From Verrucomicrobiota bacterium (lineage in GTDB: Bacteria > Verrucomicrobiota > Verrucomicrobiia > Limisphaerales > UBA11358), in NCBI GenBank assembly GCA_021324235.1, contig JAJPJM010000157.1, forward strand, positions 1-60,616: a DNA stretch of 60,616 bases. Reading direction: 5' to 3'. Within the stretch, counting starts at the first letter, position 1. Each line of letters opens with the position of its first letter. The notes beneath the pieces are model-generated. The model was given only the letters and a program-made list of their open reading frames with translations. It was not told the DNA's origin and searched no databases. The translations under genes were made by a program, and so were the position numbers. Of the stretch, positions 27,552-35,317 are shown piece by piece.

Positions 27552-28751
27552 TTGGCGTGGTTTGAAGTAAGCTCTGGAAATGTGAAAAGCCTTATTCGAT
27601 TCACAGGCTATCTCTTGTTGTTCGGATTTGTCGTTTTTCCAGCACGAGCCGCGTTCACGTCCCTTTACATTTTCGGAGACGGCGTTTCCACCACGACCAA
27701 CAACATACAAACTGGCACGCTGGCCGCATATTATTATGGCTACCGTTTTTGTAACGGCCGGGTCTGGGTTGAACTGCTGGCGCAGCAACTCAATCTGACC
27801 AATAACTACTGGTACGCCACCAACAGCTCAAACCAGTTGTCCTACACCAACCTATCCGCTTCCAGTACCAACTGGTCCTACTCCAGCAACAACAACTCCT
27901 ACTTCGCTCATTCCAGTACCATTGTCGTGGCGGATGTCAGCAATTTTGTTGCGCCGGTGGATGTGTCGAACGACCTGTTCATCGTCTGGGTCAATGACGC
28001 TGACTTTGTTTATGACATGCAACATTACACTCCCTATGCCTCGAACAACATAGCCGTATGGACCAATGCCATCAACCAATCCATCTCCAATCATTTTACC
28101 ATCATTACGAACCTCTACGCCAAAGGCGTTCGCACCTTGGTTATGCCCGACGCGGTGGATATTACCGAGGTTCCGGACTATTCCGGTCGGACCGCTCCTG
28201 AAAAGACCTTCGTTCGCCAAAGGACCATTGATTTCAATACCGCTTTCACTGCTACATTAAGCAACGCGATGGTCTTGCACCCCGACCTAAAAATTTATCA
28301 GCCGGACTTTTTCTCCCTGCTCGACAACATACTGACGAATGCCGCCTCGTATGGGTTAACCAATGCCCTCACTGGCGGACATACCACCGATGCGCTGGAT
28401 GATGGCACGCTAGCGAACAAGTCCCTGAATGGTCCGGGAGCAAATTATATCTTCTGGGATTATTTGGATCCATCCGCGAAGGCCCAGGCCATCATGGTTG
28501 ATGTGGTCCAACAACTCATCGCGCCGCCGCAAATCCGACAAATCACATCGCAGAACGGCACCAATCAGTTGAACCTGACCAACGTGCCGGTTGGTTTGAA
28601 TGGGGTCGTGAATGGCAGCACCGATTTCGTGGGTTGGACTTCCGTGACCAATTTCAACAGCACCAACTCCGTGCAACCGGTTTTTATCCCGATTACCGGG
28701 CCGTTATGGTTTTACCGGCTGAATTTCCCCTTTGCCTGGACCTGGCCCTGA
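27552..28751 (+). CDS. Secreted SGNH/GDSL-fold protein with substituted catalytic residues
   Basis: LYIFGDGVS, RFCNGRVWVE, WVNDADF, LYAKGVRT, YIFWDYLDPS; start uncertain (GTG 27582 possible). Confidence 0.82.
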   Translation: MAWFEVSSGNVKSLIRFTGYLLLFGFVVFPARAAFTSLYIFGDGVSTTTNNIQTGTLAAYYYGYRFCNGRVWVELLAQQLNLTNNYWYATNSSNQLSYTNLSASSTNWSYSSNNNSYFAHSSTIVVADVSNFVAPVDVSNDLFIVWVNDADFVYDMQHYTPYASNNIAVWTNAINQSISNHFTIITNLYAKGVRTLVMPDAVDITEVPDYSGRTAPEKTFVRQRTIDFNTAFTATLSNAMVLHPDLKIYQPDFFSLLDNILTNAASYGLTNALTGGHTTDALDDGTLANKSLNGPGANYIFWDYLDPSAKAQAIMVDVVQQLIAPPQIRQITSQNGTNQLNLTNVPVGLNGVVNGSTDFVGWTSVTNFNSTNSVQPVFIPITGPLWFYRLNFPFAWTWP

Positions 28752-28758
28752 TTGGCAG

Positions 28759-28784
28759 GTAGGGACGCGCGGCTCGCGCGTCCG
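28759..28784. repeat. GTAG-type REP hairpin
   Basis: GTAG-GGACGCGCG-GCT-CGCGCGTCC between convergent genes. Confidence 0.6.
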
Positions 28785-28814
28785 TTTCACGAAGCGCCTC
28801 TTAATCGTACTGCA

Positions 28815-29888
28815 TTACGCCGTTGAAGCGGTCATTTCCCGCAATTTCCCCAGCGTTTCGTAACCCCAGCGCAGCATGCGTTCGGTGGTTTCCCAGCCGA
28901 TGCACGAGTCGGTGAGCGACACGCCGTAACGCAGCTCCTTCAGGTTGGTCGGAATGGGCTGGTTGCCTTCGTGGAGGTTGCTTTCGACCATCAGGCCGAT
29001 GAGCGGGCGCGAACCTTCGACGCGCTGCTGGATGACGCTGCGCCACACGTCCTCCTGCTTCGCGAATTGTTTGCTGGAGTTCGCGTGGCTGCAATCCACC
29101 ATCAGCACCGGCGGCAGCTTCTCCGCCTTCAATTTTTCCTCCGCCGCGCGGATGCTTTCGGCGTCGTAATTGGTCTTGGCGCGGCCGCCGCGCAACACGA
29201 TGTGCACGTGCGGATTGCCCGACGTGCGCACGATGCTCGTGACGCCGTCCTGGTCGATGCCCAGAAAACTGTGCGGATGCTGCGTGGCGCCCATCGCGTC
29301 GATCGCCGTTTGCAGGCTGCCGTCCGTGCTGTTTTTCAGGCCGACGGGCATGGACAGGCCGCTGGCCATTTCGCGGTGCGTCTGCGATTCCGTGGTGCGC
29401 GCGCCAATCGCCGCCCACGTCACCAGGTCCGCGGTGTATTGCGGCACAATCGGGTCGAGAAATTCCGTCGCCGTCGGCAAGCCCAGGCCGGTGATGTCGA
29501 GCAACAGCCGGCGCGCGATTTTCAGGCCGGTTTCGATGTCCTGCGACCCGTCCAGATGCGGGTCATTGATCAATCCCTTCCAGCCGATGGTGGTGCGCGG
29601 CTTTTCAAAATAGACGCGCATGACGATTTCCAGACGGCTGGCAAATTCCTGGCGCAAGGCGTTGAGGCGCGTCGCGTATTCCAGCGCGCCTTTTTCGTCG
29701 TGGATCGAGCAGGGCCCGACGACGACCAGCAGGCGCGGGTCTTCCTGCCGCAAAATGCGGATGATCCGCTCGCGGCTGCGGGCCACGGTGGCATTCGCGG
29801 CGTCGGTCGTCGGCAACTGCGCCTTCAATTCACGGGGCGTGAGCAGCCGGACGATCTCTTTGACGTGCAGGTCCTGGGTCCGATACAT
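28815..29888 (-). CDS. aroG: DAHP synthase, class I-alpha (AroF/G/H family)
   Basis: GPCSIHD, RVYFEKPRTTIGWKGLINDP, IGARTTESQTHRE, DCSHANS, SLTDSC. Feedback specificity cannot be assigned. Confidence 0.95.
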   Translation of the reverse strand: MYRTQDLHVKEIVRLLTPRELKAQLPTTDAANATVARSRERIIRILRQEDPRLLVVVGPCSIHDEKGALEYATRLNALRQEFASRLEIVMRVYFEKPRTTIGWKGLINDPHLDGSQDIETGLKIARRLLLDITGLGLPTATEFLDPIVPQYTADLVTWAAIGARTTESQTHREMASGLSMPVGLKNSTDGSLQTAIDAMGATQHPHSFLGIDQDGVTSIVRTSGNPHVHIVLRGGRAKTNYDAESIRAAEEKLKAEKLPPVLMVDCSHANSSKQFAKQEDVWRSVIQQRVEGSRPLIGLMVESNLHEGNQPIPTNLKELRYGVSLTDSCIGWETTERMLRWGYETLGKLREMTASTA

Positions 29889-29992
29889 GCGAACGAGTAT
29901 AGCACGTTTTTGCGGTGCGGGAAGCTGAAAGCAACTGGTGTTGGACACGCCGCCATTTTTGTGTATTTTGGCCCGCGAAGGGGTCGAAGCCC

Positions 29993-31420
29993 ATGGCTAT
30001 GAACGAATCGAAGTTGAGCACTGCGCAAAAGGCACTGCAAATCAATCTGGATGCCGCCAAATATGGCGCGTTTGCCGAGATCGGCGCCGGGCAGGAGGTG
30101 GCGCGCTGGTTCTTCCACGTGGGTGGCGCCGCGGGCACGGTGGCCAAAACCATGTCCGCCTATGACATGGCGGTAAGCGACGCGATTTACGGCCCGTCGG
30201 ACCGCTACGTCAGCCGCAAGCGCCTGCAGGCGATGCTCGATTACGAATTCGACCTGCTGTTGCACCGTCTCGACCGGACGCGCGGCGACAAAAGCGCTTT
30301 TTTTGTTTTCGCCGATACGGTGGCGACACACAGTTTCTCCCACCAGACCGACGGCCAGGGCTGGCTGGGCATCAAATTCCAGGCCGAGCCGCACGGGCCG
30401 CCGTCGGAAATCATCATCCATGTACGGATGCTGGACCGGGAAAATGTCCGCGAACAGGAGGCGCTGGGCATCATCGGCGTGAATTTGATCCACGGCGCGT
30501 TTTATCATCATCACGAACCGGAGGCCTTGATCGGCCGGCTCATGGACGATCTGTCCCGCGACCGGATGGAGGTGGACATGATCAAATTCTCCGGGCCGTG
30601 CTTTACCGACGTGGACAACCGGCTGATGGCGTTGCAACTGGTGGAGCAGGAACTCACGGACACCGCCATGTTCACCGCCGACGGCGAAACGGTCGTGGCG
30701 GGCGAGGTGCTCTACAAGAAGCCGGTGCTGGTCGAACGCGGCAGTTTCCGGCCCCTCACCAATCCCATGCTCGACATGCTGGAGCGCGCGCAGGAACAGT
30801 TCCTCAAGGAGGAATCGCTCAAAGGCGAAACGCCGGTGGTCATCACGGAAATGACCCTGCGCCAGTTGCAGGTGGACGATGTGATTGATCACCGCGATTT
30901 TCTGGACCGCGTGGACACCTTGAGTGCGCTGGGCAAGACCGTGCTCATTTCCAGTTTCCTGCGTTACCACCGCCTGGTCATGTATCTCTCGAAATATACG
31001 CAAAAAACCATCGGCCTGCCGCTGGGCCTGGTCCGGTTGCGCGACGTGATGGACGAAAGTTTTTATACCGACCTCGAGGGCGGACTGATGGAATCGCTCG
31101 GCCAGTTGTTCAAGAACAGCGCCAAACTGTACGTTTACCCGTCCCTCGACCGCAAAACCGGGAAGTTGACCACCGTGGAAAACATGGAAGTCGCGCCGAA
31201 CCTGCGCCATCTCTACGCGCACCTGGTCGAAAACCGGTTTGTGGAAAACATCCGCAATTACAACCCCGATTATTTGAAGATTTATTCCAGCGACGTGCTG
31301 GTCAGGATCAAGGCCGGCGACGCTTCCTGGGAAAAGCTCGTCCCGCCGCCCATTGCCCAGGTCATCAAGGCCAAGCGATTGTTCGGCTGGAGCGAAAAAG
31401 CCGCCGCAGTGACGGCTTGA
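29993..31420 (+). CDS. Conserved cytoplasmic protein with C-terminal nucleotidyltransferase-like (NadD-like) region
   Basis: YGAFAEIGAGQEVARWFF...GGAAGTVAK N-domain; RGSFRP and YSSDV...WEKLVP resemble the NadD fold; no signal peptide. Confidence 0.7.
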   Translation: MAMNESKLSTAQKALQINLDAAKYGAFAEIGAGQEVARWFFHVGGAAGTVAKTMSAYDMAVSDAIYGPSDRYVSRKRLQAMLDYEFDLLLHRLDRTRGDKSAFFVFADTVATHSFSHQTDGQGWLGIKFQAEPHGPPSEIIIHVRMLDRENVREQEALGIIGVNLIHGAFYHHHEPEALIGRLMDDLSRDRMEVDMIKFSGPCFTDVDNRLMALQLVEQELTDTAMFTADGETVVAGEVLYKKPVLVERGSFRPLTNPMLDMLERAQEQFLKEESLKGETPVVITEMTLRQLQVDDVIDHRDFLDRVDTLSALGKTVLISSFLRYHRLVMYLSKYTQKTIGLPLGLVRLRDVMDESFYTDLEGGLMESLGQLFKNSAKLYVYPSLDRKTGKLTTVENMEVAPNLRHLYAHLVENRFVENIRNYNPDYLKIYSSDVLVRIKAGDASWEKLVPPPIAQVIKAKRLFGWSEKAAAVTA

Positions 31421-31460
31421 AAATGGCGGAGGAACGGCATGCCGCCGTTCCGGAAACCGG

Positions 31461-32270
31461 TCAGACCACAACCCCCCGTTTCGGCGACACGCCCATCTGG
31501 TAACGCCCCGTCCGGATTCGCAGCCGTGTCCGGGCATTGAACGCCCGCGACAAGATTCTGGTTTTGAGCATTTTTAATTTTTCCCCGGCGGCGAGTACCC
31601 GGCCGTTTTTCAAAATCAGCACGTGCGAAAACACCGGCATGATTTCCTCAACGTGATGCGTCACCAGCACGAGCGTCGGCGCATTCCGGTCCCGGCCCAG
31701 CCGCTGGAGAAATTGCAGGAAATGTTCGCGGGCGGCGGGATCCAGCCCGGCGCAGGGTTCGTCGAGAATCAACACCCGTGGCCGGGCCATCAGCGCCCGG
31801 CCGATCAATACCCGCTGCCGTTCGCCTTGCGAGAGCACCCGCCAGGGGCGTTCCGCCAGGAGGAGGCAGTCAATTTGCCGGAGAATCCGCCGCGCGCGGA
31901 TCTTGTCGGGCCGCGTCAGGCGGCCCCAGAAATCAATCATCGCGTATTTGCCGCTGGCGACGGTTTCGAGCGCCGGTTCGTCGTCGGCCATCATCTGCCG
32001 GACGGCGGAGCTGACCAGGCCGATGTGTTGGCGCAGTTCGCGCCAGTCCGCCTGGCCGTAGCTTTTGCCGAGCAGCGAAATTTCCCCCGCCGTCGGCGTC
32101 AGGTAACCCGTCAAGGCGCTCAGCAACGAGGTCTTGCCCGAACCATTCGCGCCCAGAATCACCCAATGTTGCCCGCGTTCCACGCGCCAGGACACGCCGT
32201 CGAGGATGGCGATGCCGCCGCGCTCGACGCGCAATTCATTCACCGCCAGAATGGTCTTTGCAATCCTCAA
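31461..32270 (-). CDS. ABC ATPase (ModF/YlmA-like)
   Basis: GANGSGKT, LSQGERQR, ILDEPCAGLD, VTHH; exact start uncertain. Confidence 0.9.
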   Translation of the reverse strand: MRIAKTILAVNELRVERGGIAILDGVSWRVERGQHWVILGANGSGKTSLLSALTGYLTPTAGEISLLGKSYGQADWRELRQHIGLVSSAVRQMMADDEPALETVASGKYAMIDFWGRLTRPDKIRARRILRQIDCLLLAERPWRVLSQGERQRVLIGRALMARPRVLILDEPCAGLDPAAREHFLQFLQRLGRDRNAPTLVLVTHHVEEIMPVFSHVLILKNGRVLAAGEKLKMLKTRILSRAFNARTRLRIRTGRYQMGVSPKRGVVV

Positions 32271-32400
32271 GTAACGGGAGGATTGTATGCCAGGAGCGGG
32301 TGATGGGGAAATTTTTCCGCCGCCGCCGGCGACCGGGCCGGGAGGGGACGGAATGCGCTATTGTGGACCGGCGGTGTTGCCGGTAGGCTTGCATGTCCCG

Positions 32401-32724
32401 ATGAGAGAGATATCGCTGGAACAACTCAGCCTCGCGGATTTTGCCGGCTTGAGGCATTCGCGGTTTCGCGTGCAGGCGGATGCCAGGAACACCGTGGAAC
32501 TGGAATTGGTCGAGGCCACACCCGCCGCCTCCGGTTCCTCCCCGCCCTCCGGAAACTTTTCGTTGCTGTTCCATGGCCCCCTCCGCCCGATTCTGGCGCA
32601 GCGCATTCACCGCTTCGAGCATGACCAGCTTGGCCGTTTCGATCTGTTCATTGTACCGGTCGGGCAGACCGACGCCGGAACGCAGTATCAGGCGGTTTTC
32701 AACCGCCTGATCCGGCCGGAGTGA
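32401..32724 (+). CDS. DUF6916-like small beta protein
   Basis: LELVEA...FSLLFHGP...LAQRIHRFEH..LG.FDLFIVPVG...YQAVFN. Confidence 0.85.
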   Translation: MREISLEQLSLADFAGLRHSRFRVQADARNTVELELVEATPAASGSSPPSGNFSLLFHGPLRPILAQRIHRFEHDQLGRFDLFIVPVGQTDAGTQYQAVFNRLIRPE

Positions 32725-33229
32725 ATCCGGTCGGTCGCCATTCCATTTCTTCGTAAAAGCCCGCTTCGCCGGCGGTGGCGAAGCCCAGCCGCCGGTACCA
32801 CCCGACGGGCCGCGTGTTTTTCAACACGGAGAGCGTCACGGTTTTGCCCGCCCGCGCCGCCTCCGCACACACACGTTGCATCAGGAACGTGCCGATTTTT
32901 TGGTTTCGGAATCCGGGCCGCAACGCCAGATCCACCACGCGAATCTCCCGGTCCAGCCGGAGAATGATCATCCGCCCGATTCGCTCCGGGCCGCGCAGGA
33001 TGATGGAGAAGTCCGCGGTCGGAAACATGGTGCGGTATCCCTGGCGCATGGCTTTGAATTGCATATCCAAAAAGGCCGCGCGGGTCGGGGCATCCCAATC
33101 GGTCAAATCCAGCTCCTCCTGTCGCGTACCGGCGTAAACCTCAAACAAAAAGATTTCGTCTGCCGCTGCTTCGGGCCTTAGCACAATGTCCTCAAATCCC
33201 GATTTAATCCGGTCGCCCAAGTCATTCAT
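32699..33229 (-). CDS. GNAT acetyltransferase of tail-collar gene clusters
   Basis: LRPEAAADEIFLFEVYAGTR, FLDMQF, VDLALRPGFRNQKIGT, YRRLGF. Confidence 0.88.
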   Translation of the reverse strand: MNDLGDRIKSGFEDIVLRPEAAADEIFLFEVYAGTRQEELDLTDWDAPTRAAFLDMQFKAMRQGYRTMFPTADFSIILRGPERIGRMIILRLDREIRVVDLALRPGFRNQKIGTFLMQRVCAEAARAGKTVTLSVLKNTRPVGWYRRLGFATAGEAGFYEEMEWRPTGFTPAGSGG

Positions 33230-33292
33230 TCGCAATACCCTATAATTAAGAAATTGAACGTTGTGATTAGTTGGATTACTATTATAACCGCA

Positions 33293-33730
33293 ATGCCCAC
33301 ACGCCGACAATTTTTAATCAATTGTTCCACCCTGACGCTGGCGGCGGGATTTGTGCCGGCGGCATTTTTTTCAAAATCAGTCCGGGCGGACGGGCTTTCC
33401 AGGAACCGGATTGGGTTCGATGTTTTCCGGGATAATACCGGGTCGATTTTCACCGTCCACGCTGAAACCGCGGCGGCGACCCGATTGAAACTGATGGTGG
33501 CCGAACGGTATCAGGCCGCCGATCCCGGCGCCCACATCGCGCCCGACGCCCGAAACGAAAATTTTTCCGTGCTCTTTCGCCGCACCGCCGGACCCATGTT
33601 GCCGCAAAATACTTATGTCTTCGAGCATTCCGATCTCGGGCGGTTTCCCCTGTTTATCGTGCCGGTCCGCGTCGGGCAGGATCCGGGGCACGATTGTTAT
33701 GAGGCGGTTTTCAACCGGTTACCCTGTTGA
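33293..33730 (+). CDS. Tat-signal DUF6916-like protein
   Basis: MPTRRQFL twin-arginine signal; FSVLF...LPQNTYVFEH..LG.FPLFIVPV...YEAVFN. Confidence 0.85.
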   Translation: MPTRRQFLINCSTLTLAAGFVPAAFFSKSVRADGLSRNRIGFDVFRDNTGSIFTVHAETAAATRLKLMVAERYQAADPGAHIAPDARNENFSVLFRRTAGPMLPQNTYVFEHSDLGRFPLFIVPVRVGQDPGHDCYEAVFNRLPC

Positions 33731-33733
33731 ACG

Positions 33734-34270
33734 ATGAGCAATCCCTACATTGGTGAAATCAGGATCTTTGCGGGCATTTTTGCGCCGGTGGGTTGGGCGT
33801 TTTGCGACGGGTCGTTACAGTCGATTTCGCAATATACGGCGCTTTTCCAGCTCATCGGCACGACTTATGGCGGTGACGGACAAACGACTTTTGCCCTGCC
33901 CAATTTGCTGGGCCGTCTTCCCTTGCATCAAGGCACCGATTCACAGGGCAATCGCTATGTCCTGGGTGAGAGTGGTGGCGCGGAAACCGTGGCCTTGGGT
34001 CCGACCCAGATCCCGGTTCATGCCCATGGAGTGCAGGCCAGTTCGGGCAGCGGCAGCGTCAACAACCCGGCGTATCGCATCGATTTTCCCGTGAACAATG
34101 TGTGGGCAAACTGGACCGGCAGCCAATATAGCGACCAGCCGCCAAACGCCCAGATGAACGCCGGCGCATTGACGACGGCCGGCAGCAATCTGGCGCATGA
34201 CAACCGGATGCCCTATCTGGCGGTCAATTTCATCATTTCCCTGTTCGGGGTCTTTCCGTCACAAACTTGA
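33734..34270 (+). CDS. Phage tail-collar domain protein (MdpB-like) 1
   Basis: PYIGEIR, APVGWAFCDG, LFQLIGTTYGGDGQTTFALPNL, FIISLFGVFP. Confidence 0.93.
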   Translation: MSNPYIGEIRIFAGIFAPVGWAFCDGSLQSISQYTALFQLIGTTYGGDGQTTFALPNLLGRLPLHQGTDSQGNRYVLGESGGAETVALGPTQIPVHAHGVQASSGSGSVNNPAYRIDFPVNNVWANWTGSQYSDQPPNAQMNAGALTTAGSNLAHDNRMPYLAVNFIISLFGVFPSQT

Positions 34271-34273
34271 GCC

Positions 34274-34771
34274 ATGTCATCGCCCTACCTGTCAGAAATC
34301 CGGATTATTTCCTTCAACTTCCCCCCCAAGGGTTGGGCGTTTTGCAACGGTCAGATTTTGCCGATCAACCAGAATCAGGCGCTCTTTTCGCTCTTGGGCA
34401 CGACCTACGGAGGCGATGGACGAACCACGTTTGCCCTGCCCAATTTGCAGGGTCGGGTGCCGATGCATATGGGCAATAATTTCATTCTGGGTCAGACCGG
34501 CGGCGAAACGGCGCATCTCCTCACCCTGTCGGAAATGCCGGGTCATACGCATCCGCCGGTGGTCAGTTCGAACCCGGCCAACCAGGGCAGTCCGCAAAAT
34601 AATTTTTTTGCGAATGGAAATCAGCCCGGTTTCAATTCCACACCGACCGGGACCCTGAATTCCGCCACCGTTGGTTCCGCCGGCGGCGGCCAGGCGCACA
34701 CCAACCTGCAACCCTTTCTGGTGCTGAATTTTGTCATCGCCTTGCAGGGAATTTTTCCGTCACAAAGCTGA
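34274..34771 (+). CDS. Phage tail-collar domain protein (MdpB-like) 2
   Basis: PYLSEIR, PKGWAFCNGQ, LFSLLGTTYGGDGRTTFALPNLQGR, FVIALQGIFP. Confidence 0.93.
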   Translation: MSSPYLSEIRIISFNFPPKGWAFCNGQILPINQNQALFSLLGTTYGGDGRTTFALPNLQGRVPMHMGNNFILGQTGGETAHLLTLSEMPGHTHPPVVSSNPANQGSPQNNFFANGNQPGFNSTPTGTLNSATVGSAGGGQAHTNLQPFLVLNFVIALQGIFPSQS

Positions 34772-34780
34772 ACAATATTT

Positions 34781-35317
34781 ATGTCCGATCAATTCGTTGC
34801 CGAAATCAGGATTGTTCCGTTCAATTTCGCGCCGCTCGGCTGGGCGTTGTGCAACGGACAGGTGATGCCCATCAGCCAGAACACCGCGCTCTTTTCACTG
34901 TTGGGCACAACGTACGGTGGCGACGGAAAAAGCAACTTCGCGCTGCCCAATTTGCAGGGCGCCGCCCCTCTGGACGCCGGAAATGGGGCCGGCCTGTCCA
35001 ATTACGTCGAGGGCCAGTCCGGAGGGGAGACGGCGGTCACTTTGGTTTCGGCGCAGTTGCCGTCACACACTCATGGCGTGTCCGTCAGCAGCATCGGTGG
35101 CGATGTGAACAGTCCGATTGGCGCTGTTTTTTCAACGGCGCACATGGGCAAGACCCCGACCAACATGTATGCCGCCGCCGCGGGCGGCGCTCCGGGGATC
35201 ATGAGTCCGCAGGCAGTGCTGTCCGCGGGCGGTGGTCTGCCGCACAACAACCTGCAGCCCTATCTGGTGCTGAATTTTATCATCGCGTTGCAGGGAATTT
35301 TTCCGGCGAGATCGTAA
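34781..35317 (+). CDS. Phage tail-collar domain protein (MdpB-like) 3
   Basis: DQFVAEIR, GWALCNGQ, LFSLLGTTYGGDGKSNFALPNL, FIIALQGIFP. Confidence 0.93.
   Translation: MSDQFVAEIRIVPFNFAPLGWALCNGQVMPISQNTALFSLLGTTYGGDGKSNFALPNLQGAAPLDAGNGAGLSNYVEGQSGGETAVTLVSAQLPSHTHGVSVSSIGGDVNSPIGAVFSTAHMGKTPTNMYAAAAGGAPGIMSPQAVLSAGGGLPHNNLQPYLVLNFIIALQGIFPARS

Noticed and set aside
27552-28751. Active quorum-quenching esterase
   Set aside because: Catalytic Ser and His are absent; kept as a pseudo-enzyme finding instead.
29825-31537. Long antisense ORFs (also 11780-12994, 15899-17194, 19791-21239, 21943-23145, 58203-59594)
   Set aside because: Shadow frames opposite well-supported genes in GC-rich DNA; no motifs.
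33734-35317. Prophage or tailocin
   Set aside because: Only collar-domain genes; no capsid, terminase, sheath, tube, baseplate or lysis genes.
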